64,000 nt of DNA from Prochlorococcus sp. AG-402-O16 (GTDB taxonomy: Bacteria; Cyanobacteriota; Cyanobacteriia; PCC-6307; Cyanobiaceae): positions 666 through 64,665 of the forward strand of contig QCIY01000010.1 of assembly GCA_003216415.1 (NCBI GenBank), read 5' to 3'. The position numbers and the translations under genes were made by a program. The notes beneath the pieces were generated by a model. The model was not told where the DNA came from. It made no database searches and was given only the letters and a program-made list of their open reading frames with translations. Positions 11,312 to 22,978 of this stretch are shown piece after piece (the stretch's first letter is position 1; each line of letters begins with the position of its first letter).

Positions 11312-12379
11312 TTAGTAGGTGTAACCTGCCACAAACAATTGCTCATCAGATGAAGGTTGAGATCCTGCTACATAGGCACCTTTTGAAGCTTCAGAGTTTG
11401 CTTGAGCTCTTGCTATTAATGCTTTTTGACCTCCTTCAAAGTCGCTTCCTTTCCAAGCCTTTAAGCATGAATGCTGTAATGCTCTTCCATAGGAGAATGA
11501 AACATTCCATAAAGCTTTCCTGTAAAGAGTGTTCATATTATTTAAATAAACAGAAGCAGCTTCTTCACTTAACCCTCCTGATAAGAAAACTATTCCAGGA
11601 ACAGATGCAGGAACGCATCTTTCCATAGTTCTGATTGTCATTTCAGCAACTTTCATAGGATCAGCCTTTGTTGGACAATCTGCTCCATTGACTGTCATAG
11701 AAGGTTTTAATAGAGTTCCTTCTAGAAAAACTCCATTTGTTTGACAGGCAATATAAACCTGCTTTATTACCTCTTCTTGGACTTCGGCAGTTTTATCAAT
11801 AGTATGATCGCCGTCCATTAAAATTTCAGGTTCAATAATTGGTACCAAACCAGATTCTTGAACTGATCTTGCATACCTTGCTAATCCCCAAGCATTCTCT
11901 TGAATTGATAGTTTTGAAGGGCAACCATCATTTGAAATTTGCAGAACTGCTCTCCACTTTGCAAATCTTGCACCTTGTTCATAATATTTTGCGGCTCTTT
12001 CAACTAACCCATCTAGGCCAGAGCAAAAAGTTTCTACATCCCCTCCTCCAGGAAGTGGATTTAGACCTTTATCGACCTTTATACCTGGAATAATACCTAA
12101 ATCATTTAGTTTCTTAACCATTGACTCACCATCTTGGTGATTCTGATAAAGAGTTTCTTCGAATAGGATTGCTCCACTTATATATTTACCAAGACCTTCT
12201 GTCGTAAAAAGCATTCCTCTATATGCTTTCCTATTTTCTTCTGTATTCTCAACGCCAATTCCAGCCAGTCTTTTACCTATTGTTTTAGTGGATTCATCTA
12301 CCGCTAATATCCCTTTTCCTTTAGAAGCTAGTAATTGAGCATTTGCTTTTAGCTCATTTTTGTAATAATTTAAAGCCAT
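11312..12379 (-). CDS. Fructose-bisphosphate aldolase class I (eukaryote-type)
   Basis: GKGILAVDES, FAKWRAV, PIIEPE, LLKPSM, FSYGRALQ. Confidence 0.93.
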   Translation of the reverse strand: MALNYYKNELKANAQLLASKGKGILAVDESTKTIGKRLAGIGVENTEENRKAYRGMLFTTEGLGKYISGAILFEETLYQNHQDGESMVKKLNDLGIIPGIKVDKGLNPLPGGGDVETFCSGLDGLVERAAKYYEQGARFAKWRAVLQISNDGCPSKLSIQENAWGLARYARSVQESGLVPIIEPEILMDGDHTIDKTAEVQEEVIKQVYIACQTNGVFLEGTLLKPSMTVNGADCPTKADPMKVAEMTIRTMERCVPASVPGIVFLSGGLSEEAASVYLNNMNTLYRKALWNVSFSYGRALQHSCLKAWKGSDFEGGQKALIARAQANSEASKGAYVAGSQPSSDEQLFVAGYTY

Positions 12380-12482
12380 TCTTTAATAAATCAGTTCAAT
12401 TGATTTTTCCAGAATATGAAAAAAAAATAAAATCAATCCAATACTTTATCGGGTGATAATTGCTACTTATAAATGTATAGCC

Positions 12483-13580
12483 TTAAATTTTGATTCTCAA
12501 TCCGCTTTTCGAAGATTCTCTTATGGCTTCGCAAACTTTATGACTAGCAAGTCCTTCGCATAATCCTGGAATGATAGGTGTTTTATTAAAAATACTCTCA
12601 GCCCATAAATTTTGAATTCTCAAAACTGGAGCTATCCTCCCATCAGTCCATGTTTTTTCAAAATTAAAACTTGAATCTGCAGTTAAATTTTGTATTTTAT
12701 TTTCATTGTTTGAATATTTCAAATTAAAACCATGGACATAATCTTTTTGGTTCTCGCTTTTAAGAATAAGCGAACCTTCGCTTCCATATATTTCTAAACT
12801 AAATCCTCTACCGTTTTTAGAAATCGATGATAAAGATACCTGACATGGAATAAGATTGGAGCTGTAGTTTGATATTTCTATATTAGCCAGACAAACATCC
12901 TCGCTAGTAACATCATTTAATTCAGATGAATTAGGTAAAGGTCTTTTTTTGATTGATGTTGCTAACTTACCAGATACATTTATTGATTCTCCAAAAAACC
13001 AATTCAACATGTCGAATGCATGAGTACCTAAAGCACCAAGAACTCCTCCACCTTTTTCTTCCAGAGAATACCAATTCCAAGCTCTTTTGGGATCGGATCT
13101 GCTCCCCATTAACCAATCTAATTTGACTAAATATATTTCTCCTAAAATATTTTCATCAATAAGTTTTTTTGTCTGAAGAAAAAGGGGTACTGCTCTATAT
13201 TCGAAATCAATACATACGCTTAAGTTATTAATCAAAGATAGTCTCTGAAGCTCTTCTATTTCAGAGGACGATATTGAAACGGGTTTTTCTAATAGCAAGT
13301 TTTTATTACTCTCAAGAGCTTGTTTTGCTAATTTAAATCTTGATTTAGGAGGGGTAGCAATAATTATTCCATCAATTTCTGGAGATTTAACTAAGTCTTT
13401 CCAATTATGAAAAAACTCTAATCCAGTTTCTTTTTCTAAAATTGATTTTTGCTTTTTCTCATAATGATAAATAGCTACAGGAGTTAAGTAATCAGACTCT
13501 TTTAATGCCTCTAAATGAACTTTTTTACCAAACCCTAATCCAGCAATTGCTATTTTTAATTTTTTATTTTTAGAATTCAT
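12483..13580 (-). CDS. Gfo/Idh/MocA family oxidoreductase
   Basis: AGLGFG, LLEKPV, GGGVLGALGTHAFD. Confidence 0.88.
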   Translation of the reverse strand: MNSKNKKLKIAIAGLGFGKKVHLEALKESDYLTPVAIYHYEKKQKSILEKETGLEFFHNWKDLVKSPEIDGIIIATPPKSRFKLAKQALESNKNLLLEKPVSISSSEIEELQRLSLINNLSVCIDFEYRAVPLFLQTKKLIDENILGEIYLVKLDWLMGSRSDPKRAWNWYSLEEKGGGVLGALGTHAFDMLNWFFGESINVSGKLATSIKKRPLPNSSELNDVTSEDVCLANIEISNYSSNLIPCQVSLSSISKNGRGFSLEIYGSEGSLILKSENQKDYVHGFNLKYSNNENKIQNLTADSSFNFEKTWTDGRIAPVLRIQNLWAESIFNKTPIIPGLCEGLASHKVCEAIRESSKSGLRIKI

Positions 13581-13582
13581 TC

Positions 13583-13975
13583 TTATCCATTTATAAACTC
13601 TGAACAGCTATTTTCAATAACTACATCTATTAGTTCATCATTATTAGAAGTTTGCCATTTTGAATTGAATTGAGGTATTCCATTTATGGAGGTATCTTTG
13701 AACTTTTTTTCATCACAATTAATTCTCATTAAATAAAGTGATAACTCTCCATCATCATCAGAATTAGTTGGATTTTTAAAGAACTTTGTTAAGACACTTA
13801 TTTCACCATTTGGAAGCCGCTTAATACTGCCTTTATCAAGCCATTCTTTTCCTTCATTATTCTCTTTTAGTAGAACCCATTCAACATTTCCTATTCCATA
13901 AGAATATGGAGCAAAATTTAAAATAAAAAATAAAAGGCTTAAAGAAAAATAAAAGAAATTTGAAATAATTCTCAT
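13583..13975 (-). CDS. Secreted hypothetical protein
   Basis: Signal-peptide-like N-terminus from ATG 13975, immediately after the accD stop (track start 13996). Confidence 0.6.
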   Translation of the reverse strand: MRIISNFFYFSLSLLFFILNFAPYSYGIGNVEWVLLKENNEGKEWLDKGSIKRLPNGEISVLTKFFKNPTNSDDDGELSLYLMRINCDEKKFKDTSINGIPQFNSKWQTSNNDELIDVVIENSCSEFING

Positions 13976-13976
13976 A

Positions 13977-14858
13977 TTATATATTTGCTTTTGCAAGTTC
14001 TTTTACTCCATGAATTTTTAAAATTTTAGTCAGAGTATCCTTGAGATCTTTCCTTTTAACTATTACATCAACAAAACCATGCTCAAGTAGATATTCAGCT
14101 GTTTGAAAATTATCGGGTAATTTTTCTCTTAATGTTTGTTCTATAACCCTTCTTCCAGCAAATCCAATAAGAGCTTTAGGTTCCGCCAAAATTAAATCAC
14201 CTAACATTGCAAAGCTTGCTGTTACCCCCCCCGTGGTTGGATGAGTTAATAAGGGCATATATAGAAGATTTTTTTCTTTATGTTTTTTTAGTGCTCCAGA
14301 TATTTTTGCCATTTGCATGAGACTTAACATACCTTCTTGCATCCTTGCTCCTCCAGAAGCGCAAACAATAAGAATTGGAAAATTTTCTAAAGTTGCTCTC
14401 TCAATAATCCTTGTAATTTTTTCACCAACTACTGAACCCATTGATCCTCCCATAAATCTAAAATCCATAACAGCTAATGCTAAAGGCAATGAATTTACAG
14501 AACAGATACCTGTTACGACTCCATCTCTTAAACCTGTACCTGCTTGACTTTCTTTAATTCGATCAGCATATGACCTTCTATCTTTAAAACCTAAAGGATC
14601 TGTAGGACTTAATGAACTATCAAACTCTTCGAATGAATTTTTGTCAGCAATTATATTTATCCTTTCATCGCTATTAATCCTATTGTGGTGTCCACAATTA
14701 CTACAAACATTGAAATTTGAAATTAGGTCTTTTCTATAGGCTACTTGCGAACATTCTGAACATTTAACCCACAAACCATCTCCTTCATCAGTATCTTGCG
14801 AAACTTTCCCAACAAATTGATCTTTACGCCTTGCGGCAAACCAGTCGATTAATGACAC
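13977..14858 (-). CDS. accD: Acetyl-CoA carboxylase carboxyltransferase beta subunit
   Basis: CxxC...CxxC zinc ribbon, [22 protein letters not shown]. Confidence 0.97.
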   Translation of the reverse strand: MSLIDWFAARRKDQFVGKVSQDTDEGDGLWVKCSECSQVAYRKDLISNFNVCSNCGHHNRINSDERINIIADKNSFEEFDSSLSPTDPLGFKDRRSYADRIKESQAGTGLRDGVVTGICSVNSLPLALAVMDFRFMGGSMGSVVGEKITRIIERATLENFPILIVCASGGARMQEGMLSLMQMAKISGALKKHKEKNLLYMPLLTHPTTGGVTASFAMLGDLILAEPKALIGFAGRRVIEQTLREKLPDNFQTAEYLLEHGFVDVIVKRKDLKDTLTKILKIHGVKELAKANI

Positions 14859-15001
14859 ATCATTACCTGTTTTTTTCTATTTAAATCTAAACAAGGTACT
14901 TTTATCAAGAAAGATATATAAAAATTTGAGATCTTGTAGATTAGAAACTCCTCAAAGTAAAAAAAATATAATGATTTGAGTTGATAATCGAAAATTAATT
15001 A

Positions 15002-15898
15002 TTATTTATTTTTCTCCTCAATCATTTTATGAATTATTGGAGTAAGAATTAGTTCCATTGCGAAACCCATTTTCCCACCGTTTACGACGATACTTGTTGG
15101 ACTTGACATAAATGAATCGTTAATCATTCCAAGCAAGTATTGAAAATCAATCCCCCATTTCTCTCTTGCCCCTTTTCTGAAATGTATGATCACAAAGCTC
15201 TCATCAGGAGTTGGGATATTCCTGCATATGAAAGGATTGGAAGTGTCAATTGTGGGAATTCTTTGGAAATTAATATCGGTTTTGCTGAATTGTGGGCAAA
15301 TGTGGTTTATATAATCAGGCATTCTTCTCAATATAGTATCCACAATGGTTTCCGCTGAGTAACCTCTTTCTGCGTTATCTCTATGGATTTTTTGAATCCA
15401 CTCTAAATTTGTTATTGGAACAACTCCAACAAGTAAATCAGCATAAGATGCCACATTGTATCCATCTCCTTCTACCCCGCCATGCAAACCTTCATAAAAA
15501 AGTACGTCTGTCCCATCAGGAATATCTTCCCATGGAGTAAATTGGCCAGGTTCTAAGGATGTCCCAAGTCTTGTATTGTGTTCTTCTGCTTCTTCAAGAC
15601 TATGTAGATAATATCTTTTCTTTCCTCCTCCAGTTTCACCATAGATTTTAAAAAGTTCTTCTAGCTTGTCAAAAAGATTAGCCTCTGGACCAAAGTGAGA
15701 GAAATTTTCACCTTTTGAAAGAGCCTCTGCCATAGCTTTTTTCATAGGCATTCTTTCAAACCTGTGGTAACTATCACCTTCTACAACTGCTGGAACAATA
15801 TCTTCTCTAGCAAAAATATGCTCGAAGGCTCTTTTTACTGTACTTGTTCCTGCTCCTGAAGATCCTGTTACAGCAACTACTGGATGACGTTTTGACAT
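15002..15898 (-). CDS. prk: Phosphoribulokinase (proteobacterial-type)
   Basis: AVTGSSGAGTST, EGDSYH, YEGLHG, FQRIPTIDTSNPF. Confidence 0.93.
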   Translation of the reverse strand: MSKRHPVVAVTGSSGAGTSTVKRAFEHIFAREDIVPAVVEGDSYHRFERMPMKKAMAEALSKGENFSHFGPEANLFDKLEELFKIYGETGGGKKRYYLHSLEEAEEHNTRLGTSLEPGQFTPWEDIPDGTDVLFYEGLHGGVEGDGYNVASYADLLVGVVPITNLEWIQKIHRDNAERGYSAETIVDTILRRMPDYINHICPQFSKTDINFQRIPTIDTSNPFICRNIPTPDESFVIIHFRKGAREKWGIDFQYLLGMINDSFMSSPTSIVVNGGKMGFAMELILTPIIHKMIEEKNK

Positions 15899-15987
15899 TT
15901 TTTAAAAACAATATCTAATGATTCTGACAGGTCATATGCCAACTTTATGTTTTACAATAAAATATTTTTTTATTTATTAATTTTTTT

Positions 15988-17061
15988 TTAAATTTCATCT
16001 ATTATTTTATCTCCGATTTCACTGCAAGACAAAACTTCAGAAGACCCATCAGCTAAATCGGCTGTTCTAAATCCGTTTGATAAAACTTTATCAATAGCAG
16101 TTTCTAAATCTTTTGCGGCTTCTTCTTCATTTAATCCAATTTTTAACATCATGGAAGCGGATAAAAGCATCGCAATAGGATTTGCTATGTTTTTACCTGC
16201 TATATCAGGAGCCGAACCATGAACCGGTTCAAAAACTCCTGGACCATTATTGTTTAGAGACGCAGATGGAAGCATGCCAATAGAACCAGTTAACATTGCG
16301 GCTAAATCGCTTAAAATATCACCAAATAAATTACTAGTTAAAATCACATCAAATTGACCAGGATCTCTTACTAATTGCATTGCTGCATTATCAACGTACA
16401 TATTGCTTAGAGATATATTTTTATCTTTTGAGGTGATATTTAAAACTGTATCTCTCCACAATTGACTAACCTCAAGAACGTTTGATTTATCAACAGAACA
16501 TATTTTTTTATTTCTTTGTGTAGCAATTTTTATTGCTATTTCAGTTATTCTCTCTATTTCGGCCGAATCATAAACCATCGTATTGAAAGCTTTTGGGATT
16601 TTTGTATTTGTTATATGTCCTCTTGGTTTTCCAAAATAAATTCCCCCTATTAATTCTCTTACAACAATAAGATCTACATTCTCAACGATTTCTTTTTTTA
16701 ATGTACTTGCATCTAATAGAGATTTTCTTATTTTGACAGGTCTGATATTTGCGAAAAGGTTTAGGGCAGATCTTAACTTTAGTAACCCACTCTCTGGCCT
16801 TAATTCTCTTGCAAGAGAGTCATATTTAATATCTCCAACACATGCTAGAAGTACAGCATCACTTTTTTTACATTGATCTAGTGTCTCATCTGGAGCAGGA
16901 GTCCCATATTTTTCATAAGCTATCCCTCCAAATAATTTTTCAATAATCTCAATATCGAAATTATGATTTTTTGAAAGTTTTTTTAAAACTTTTTTTGAAA
17001 CTTCTGAAATCTCTGGTCCAATTCCGTCTCCTGACAATAAAACAATCTTATATTTCTTCAT
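15988..17061 (-). CDS. leuB: 3-isopropylmalate dehydrogenase
   Basis: GDGIGPE, NLFGDILSD, EPVHGSAPDIAGK. Confidence 0.96.
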   Translation of the reverse strand: MKKYKIVLLSGDGIGPEISEVSKKVLKKLSKNHNFDIEIIEKLFGGIAYEKYGTPAPDETLDQCKKSDAVLLACVGDIKYDSLARELRPESGLLKLRSALNLFANIRPVKIRKSLLDASTLKKEIVENVDLIVVRELIGGIYFGKPRGHITNTKIPKAFNTMVYDSAEIERITEIAIKIATQRNKKICSVDKSNVLEVSQLWRDTVLNITSKDKNISLSNMYVDNAAMQLVRDPGQFDVILTSNLFGDILSDLAAMLTGSIGMLPSASLNNNGPGVFEPVHGSAPDIAGKNIANPIAMLLSASMMLKIGLNEEEAAKDLETAIDKVLSNGFRTADLADGSSEVLSCSEIGDKIIDEI

Positions 17062-17089
17062 TTAAATTTTTGTTTATTAGAACAATAAT

Positions 17090-18124
17090 TTATTGCTTGT
17101 CTAATTGTCTAAGTTTTTTTGCGAATTCTGGTAATTTTTTAAAAATACTTGAACTTCTTAGCCATGATTTATTTTCCATCGCTGGGAAACCACTAATTAC
17201 CTTGCCATCTTCTATGTCACGATGGATTCCGCATTTTGAACTTGCTATGACATTATTCCCAACTTTTACTCTATTGTTGACTCCTACTTGCCCTGCCAAA
17301 ATAACACCATCTCCAATATTTGCTCCCCCAGCGATACCAACTTGAGCAGCAAATGCACAATTCTTTCCAATTTTAACTCCATGACCGATTTGTATTAAAT
17401 TATCCAACTTTGTTCCCTCATCAATAAAAGTAAATCCAACTGAGGGTCTATCAATACAACAATTCGTGCCAATTTCTACAAAACTCATTATTTTTACACC
17501 ACCTTTTTGAGGCATCTTTACCCATTTGCCATTTTTAGGAATAAAACCAAATCCCTCTGATCCAATAACAGAATTTGAATTAATTACACAATTATTTTTT
17601 AGAGTGGTATTTTCGTAAATAACACAATTTGGATGAATTATATTATTATTTCCTATTCGAACATTGCCTAAAATTGATGATCCAGGAAGAATATGATTAT
17701 TGTCACCAATTACAGTATTTTCCCCAATATAGACATTAGGTCCAATATGGCAATCTGCTCCAATTATTGCTGTTTTATCTATAACTGCTGAAGCGTGAAT
17801 TCCTGGTTTGAAATTGATAGTTTTATATAAACAATCCAATACTTCTGCAAATGCAATCCTTGGATTTTTAACGATTATGTTTGATATATTGAGTTTCTTT
17901 AGGGAACTAACGATTTCATTATTGTTAGTAGTTATTATTGCTGATGCTTTAGTTTGATCTAATTTTTCTTTAAGGATATTATTTTCCTCTAAAAAAGATA
18001 TTTGATGTTTAACTGCAGCATCTAATGAGGCAGCATCATCTATATTTAAATCTTTAAAAATATTGGCACTAATAAAATTTGAATTTCCTTTTTTTATTAG
18101 ATCAACTAAATCACTTAAAAGCAT
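17090..18124 (-). CDS. lpxD: UDP-3-O-acylglucosamine N-acyltransferase
   Basis: Hexapeptide repeats, GSEGFGF, KLDNLIQIGHGV. Confidence 0.93.
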   Translation of the reverse strand: MLLSDLVDLIKKGNSNFISANIFKDLNIDDAASLDAAVKHQISFLEENNILKEKLDQTKASAIITTNNNEIVSSLKKLNISNIIVKNPRIAFAEVLDCLYKTINFKPGIHASAVIDKTAIIGADCHIGPNVYIGENTVIGDNNHILPGSSILGNVRIGNNNIIHPNCVIYENTTLKNNCVINSNSVIGSEGFGFIPKNGKWVKMPQKGGVKIMSFVEIGTNCCIDRPSVGFTFIDEGTKLDNLIQIGHGVKIGKNCAFAAQVGIAGGANIGDGVILAGQVGVNNRVKVGNNVIASSKCGIHRDIEDGKVISGFPAMENKSWLRSSSIFKKLPEFAKKLRQLDKQ

Positions 18125-18144
18125 TTTTCAGGTTTAATTTTTTT

Positions 18145-19227
18145 CTAAGAGAGAGCAAGAACATCTCTGTGTACGACAATTATCGAGGAGTTGTTATTTT
18201 CTTTATTATTTAAGATACTTCTTAATTTGTCGCTACTTATTGATACTAAACCTTTTGCAACTTCTTTATCATTTGTATTTACGATTTTTACTGCCTGATT
18301 AATCGTAAAGTTACCTTCTACATTTTTAACACCAACCGCTAAAAGTGAAGCACCTTTTTTTTTAATCGCAAAAGAAGCGCCATCATCTAAAGTGATTTTC
18401 CCTACTGTTTGAATTGCATGTGAAAGCCAACTTTTTTTGTTTCCTATAGGTTTTTCTACTGGATAAAATAAAGTTCCAATTTTATTATCATTAAAAATTT
18501 CAATTAAGTTTTTTTTATTAGTTCCATCAACTAGTTGGACTTCAACCCCTCCTTTTGTTGCTATTTCTGCAGAAATTAATTTTGTAGAAATTCCTCCTGT
18601 TCCCCATTCATTATTTGAGTTTTGAATATTTTCATCTTTAATTTCTTTTAATTCACAATTATGAACTTCTTTAATAGGTTGCGCATCTTTATTATTACGT
18701 GGATCTTTTGAATATAGATTTTCAATATCGGTTAATAAAATAAGCTTGTTAGCATTTATAGCTAAGGCAACTAAAGCAGAGAGGGTATCATTATCTCCAT
18801 ATTTAAGCTCTTCATTTGCTACGGTGTCATTTTCATTTACTATTGGAATAACATTCAAATCTATTAATTTTTTTAAAGTTTTAGAAGCGTTATTAAAGGA
18901 TTCTCGTGAATTGAAATCAGCTTTAGTTATTAAAATTTGAGCAATATTATGACCTAATTTATTAAATACTTTATCGTACAAGGACATTAAATTAACTTGA
19001 CCTACTGCAGCAGTAGCTTGCAGTGTACTTAAATCATTTGGTCTGGTTTTAATATTTAATTTTTGGCAACCTAATCCAACTGCTCCACTAGTTACTAAGA
19101 TTAATTTGTTTCCTTTTGAAAGAAAATTTTTAAAGGATCTAGAAAGGGTTTCAATAACTTCTTCTGTAGATGTTTCCTCTGTTCCTCTTAAAATACTAGT
19201 ACCAATTTTTATAACCCAAGTTTTCAT
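18145..19227 (-). CDS. proB: Glutamate 5-kinase
   Basis: [32 protein letters not shown] domain. Confidence 0.96.
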   Translation of the reverse strand: MKTWVIKIGTSILRGTEETSTEEVIETLSRSFKNFLSKGNKLILVTSGAVGLGCQKLNIKTRPNDLSTLQATAAVGQVNLMSLYDKVFNKLGHNIAQILITKADFNSRESFNNASKTLKKLIDLNVIPIVNENDTVANEELKYGDNDTLSALVALAINANKLILLTDIENLYSKDPRNNKDAQPIKEVHNCELKEIKDENIQNSNNEWGTGGISTKLISAEIATKGGVEVQLVDGTNKKNLIEIFNDNKIGTLFYPVEKPIGNKKSWLSHAIQTVGKITLDDGASFAIKKKGASLLAVGVKNVEGNFTINQAVKIVNTNDKEVAKGLVSISSDKLRSILNNKENNNSSIIVVHRDVLALS

Positions 19228-19718
19228 TTTATAAAATAAGAAATTAATTTTTCTATTGTCAAAGTTAAATTAAATTTTATAGGCAAGCCATTTATATTTA
19301 ATCTCTTAACTAATATTGTGTTTATATTACATCTATTCCCAACAATAATATCTGTAAAAATTCTGTCGCCAATAATGGCTATATTTTTTGGCTCACTGCC
19401 AATTTCTTTGATAGCAAACAAAGTTACTTTTTTTCTTGGTTTTGATGCATTGTATTTGTACCTTAATTTTAATTCTTTCGCTATTTTTGCGATTCTTTTT
19501 TTTGATGGATTATTACTTATTAGATATAAGGAGAAAAGTTTTTTAGATTCTATTATCCAATTTTTTACAGCTATTGGGATCATATTTGATTTTCTATTTA
19601 CAAGAGTCCCATCCACGTCTAGCAATAAAGAATTAATTCCTTTTTTTTGCAACTCAGATTGAGAAATCGCATATATTGGTAAGTTTGAATCCCAATTGAC
19701 TTTTAGGATAGATCTCAT
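19224..19718 (-). CDS. YqeG family HAD IIIA phosphatase
   Basis: [23 protein letters not shown]. Confidence 0.9.
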   Translation of the reverse strand: MRSILKVNWDSNLPIYAISQSELQKKGINSLLLDVDGTLVNRKSNMIPIAVKNWIIESKKLFSLYLISNNPSKKRIAKIAKELKLRYKYNASKPRKKVTLFAIKEIGSEPKNIAIIGDRIFTDIIVGNRCNINTILVKRLNINGLPIKFNLTLTIEKLISYFIK

Positions 19719-19723
19719 TTATT

Positions 19724-20260
19724 TTATGAACTACTTTTTTCAAGCTCAGTTTCAATCAAAGGTTGAATTTTATCGAACTCATCATCTTCAATTAATAAAG
19801 CACCTTTGTCTTTTAATTTACCCACAATAAAAAAAGGATCTAGTGGAATATATAAACCATATTCTTGGTCAAAAAGATTAAAGTTAACGAGCAATTCATA
19901 ACTTTCGCTATCATCATCGACGTACTCTTCCTCTAATTCATCATAAATTGGTTCTTCAAGTTCTCCTGATACTGTTAATGTAACTGCTGATTTGATAAGT
20001 CTTAAATCATGTTCTTGCAGAACCGCTTCAGCATTTTTTAATATTTGTTCATTTTTATCTATTTTCTCAATTAGTTCAGGTTCATCTTTTTCATTTATCT
20101 TAAAAAGACTTACTGGAGTATCAACTGGTGTTAGTAAAGCATATTCTTCTCCTTCAACACTTACTAATTGTTCAAGATAACAAAATAGTTCGTTTCCATT
20201 TGAGTCATTTAATATTAGCGTCTTAGCCTCATAATTATCATTCGAGTTAGTTTCTTTCAT
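19724..20260 (-). CDS. DUF3727-type conserved cyanobacterial protein
   Basis: Acidic protein, YALLTPVD and YIPLDPFF motifs, next to ruvX. Confidence 0.78.
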   Translation of the reverse strand: MKETNSNDNYEAKTLILNDSNGNELFCYLEQLVSVEGEEYALLTPVDTPVSLFKINEKDEPELIEKIDKNEQILKNAEAVLQEHDLRLIKSAVTLTVSGELEEPIYDELEEEYVDDDSESYELLVNFNLFDQEYGLYIPLDPFFIVGKLKDKGALLIEDDEFDKIQPLIETELEKSSS

Positions 20261-20287
20261 TTAAAAATTATCTACTTATTTTTAATA

Positions 20288-20749
20288 TTAATATTTTATC
20301 TGACTATTACCAGCTAATTCTTCTAATTCAGGACCTTCTTCAATCCATTGTTCAAGTATCACTTTTGCTGAAAAACTATCAATCAATCCAGATTTGTCTT
20401 TTTTAATTCCAAATCTATTTGAGGATTCCCATGTTGAACTATGTTCATTGACGAAAGAAAATGGAAGCTTTAATTTATTTGAAAGTAATAGTCCGTAATG
20501 TTTACAGTCAATAGCTTGTGGAGTCATTTTCCCTTCCTCATTGAGTGGAAGGCCAACAATAAAACCAGTCAAACTAAAATCATCTATATGATTTCTAATG
20601 ATTTTTAACTCTTGATTATTTTCAAACCTCTTTACTGCTGGAAGTATATTTGAAGTTATGCATAGGGGATCACAATAAGCTAATCCTATTCTTTTGATAC
20701 CTACATCCAAACTTAAAATTGATCTGGGTTTTGGTTTACAATATTTCAC
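20288..20749 (-). CDS. ruvX: YqgF/RuvX Holliday-junction-resolvase-like protein
   Basis: [32 protein letters not shown]. Confidence 0.9.
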   Translation of the reverse strand: MKYCKPKPRSILSLDVGIKRIGLAYCDPLCITSNILPAVKRFENNQELKIIRNHIDDFSLTGFIVGLPLNEEGKMTPQAIDCKHYGLLLSNKLKLPFSFVNEHSSTWESSNRFGIKKDKSGLIDSFSAKVILEQWIEEGPELEELAGNSQIKY

Positions 20750-21801
20750 TTTGTTTTTAGTGGAAAAGGTGATGGATATGGATTTCTTTGAGGACTTAAT
20801 TTTTCAAAGATTGATTCCAAAGATTGATTTATTTTACTTACTTGTTTTGCTTCATTCTTAACTATTGAATTCCTTATAAGGATAAGTTCTTGATTTTTTT
20901 CTTTTAGGTCACATTCTTCGAGAAAGATATTTAGTTGAGAATTCTCTTTATAGGTTTTTAAACATGAAACAGGTGATTTTTCAAAAAATCTTTTTATAAA
21001 TTCTTTTAAAATAGAATTAAATCTATTATCCCAATATCTACTTATAGTTAAAGTATAAATATTATCGTTTTGGTAATTGATATCTTTTAAAATTGTACAT
21101 AAAACAGAATTTTCATATATTAAGGCACCACTTTTAGAATTATTTCTTTTAAGAATATCGTCTTGATCAAAATCTAAAATATTTCTTATTAAGGGCGACT
21201 GATTTGATCTAATGAAATTCACTATTTTTAATAAATTTTGTTTATTAATTATTTGGTATTCATTAATTAATTCATAGCCTTGAGTATTTTGCCTTAAGGA
21301 TTTATTAAGATCACAACCATTCCATAGTATTATCTCACCTAATGGTTGAAAGCCTAATTCTCTTGAGATTGATATAAGGTCAATATTGTTTATATCCGCA
21401 TTAATTATCCAACTTGAAGTCTTGATGTCTGTTATTGAGATAGATTTTTTTATCAATCCTAAAGTTAATTGTTTCTCTGTTAAAAAACAATTTTTATTAA
21501 TTAAATTTGGCTTAGATATTTTTAGGCAAGTCTCTTTTTTGTTCAAAGGAAAAATATTCAAATAACCAATAATTTCGTTTCCGCAAATGGCAATTATGCA
21601 TTTATTTTTATTTTTCTTAAGATTATTCAAAAATATTTTCAAGTCATCAAATGTATTTATAATTGCCATCTTTAAAAACCAATTATTCAATTCCTTGTTT
21701 TTGATATCAATTAAAAGGTTAATGTGACGAATATGAAGTTCTTCAAAAGTTATTTCCACTCCTTTGTCGGACTTAAAAGAATAAGAGGAATCTTTTTTCA
21801 T
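20746..21801 (-). CDS. Hypothetical protein, possibly degenerate GNAT fold
   Basis: 351-aa ORF overlapping both neighbours by 4 nt; LGFQPL motif resembles GNAT C-terminus. Confidence 0.6.
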   Translation of the reverse strand: MKKDSSYSFKSDKGVEITFEELHIRHINLLIDIKNKELNNWFLKMAIINTFDDLKIFLNNLKKNKNKCIIAICGNEIIGYLNIFPLNKKETCLKISKPNLINKNCFLTEKQLTLGLIKKSISITDIKTSSWIINADINNIDLISISRELGFQPLGEIILWNGCDLNKSLRQNTQGYELINEYQIINKQNLLKIVNFIRSNQSPLIRNILDFDQDDILKRNNSKSGALIYENSVLCTILKDINYQNDNIYTLTISRYWDNRFNSILKEFIKRFFEKSPVSCLKTYKENSQLNIFLEECDLKEKNQELILIRNSIVKNEAKQVSKINQSLESIFEKLSPQRNPYPSPFPLKTK

Positions 21802-22967
21802 TTACTTTTTTCTCTTATTAATACTATAGGAGTTTTTTCATCACCATTGCCAGCCGGATTAGATATTAAGTTTCTTTTGAGTATTTTATCTACTTTTTTA
21901 TTTGAACTAGCTAATACTTTCACACCTCCAAGGTCATTTACATCAACTACAGCAACATCTATATTTAAATATTTTGAGACTTCCTTACAAAATAAATCAG
22001 CAAAAATAGGACCCATAACTATACTTTTGTCATAAGGAGTTACTGTGCCACTTATATCATCAATTAGAGATGATTCTGAACCAGTTAATCTATAAAATAC
22101 CCCCTTAATGCCAACAAATTTAAAGAGGAATCCCACAATTAATGCAATGGTTATTCTTGTGACCCCAATTTTATTTATTAATAATTGCATGCCACAAGCT
22201 GTTGCGAGACTGCTTGTGGGGTGAAAAAAATAACAAAAAGCTTTCGAGAATAAACTATATTTTAAATTTTGAGGAGAAATATATCTAGCTTGCATAATTG
22301 CAAGTGGACTCTCACCAATTGTCAATATATCATTTTTTTCTACAATTCCTTTGCAGTATTTAATGACAGTATTTGCTGGATTATCAAAGCATCCAAGTAA
22401 ATCAGTTTTAATAGCAAGAGCATTATATTTATTATTTATTGGAATTTCAAAAACTTTTTTTGGGTTTTGTTTTTGAGCGTCTAAATTTACTAAAAAACAA
22501 TCCTGTTTTTTTGAAACACCAAAATGTCCATAATTCTCCCAAAATACTTTTAACCATATATATTTTATTTTTTTTCTAATATTATTATTTTTAAATTTAT
22601 AGATGACTCTTATTAATAATTCTGAATTTGACTTGATAATTGTTGTTGGCCAATAATTATTTAAATTCTTTTCTTTCTTTTGATCAAATATATATATATC
22701 TTCTTGATAATTTAAATTTTGGGAATATTCGTTCCCTTGACTTTTAAAAAAATCCAATTCGAAATTTATATTGGTTACCATTGTCTCTTTATTTTGATTT
22801 TTATTAGTTATTTTTAAATCAATAATTATTTCGTTTAAGCCATCTTTTCTTTTGATTTTGTAATTTATAGGTTCTAGAAATAACTTTGATTTGGGTGAGT
22901 ATTTAATATATATATCTGAAAGAATTAAAAAAATTAAAAGGAATAATAGGATATAAACTAATATCAT
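21798..22967 (-). CDS. Membrane-anchored protein with C-terminal F420-0:gamma-glutamyl ligase (CofE)-like domain
   Basis: N-terminal TM; IGESPLAIMQ, IDDISGT, VVDVNDLG, NPAGNGDEKTP. Confidence 0.72.
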   Translation of the reverse strand: MILVYILLFLLIFLILSDIYIKYSPKSKLFLEPINYKIKRKDGLNEIIIDLKITNKNQNKETMVTNINFELDFFKSQGNEYSQNLNYQEDIYIFDQKKEKNLNNYWPTTIIKSNSELLIRVIYKFKNNNIRKKIKYIWLKVFWENYGHFGVSKKQDCFLVNLDAQKQNPKKVFEIPINNKYNALAIKTDLLGCFDNPANTVIKYCKGIVEKNDILTIGESPLAIMQARYISPQNLKYSLFSKAFCYFFHPTSSLATACGMQLLINKIGVTRITIALIVGFLFKFVGIKGVFYRLTGSESSLIDDISGTVTPYDKSIVMGPIFADLFCKEVSKYLNIDVAVVDVNDLGGVKVLASSNKKVDKILKRNLISNPAGNGDEKTPIVLIREKSK

Positions 22968-22978
22968 TTTTTTAATAA

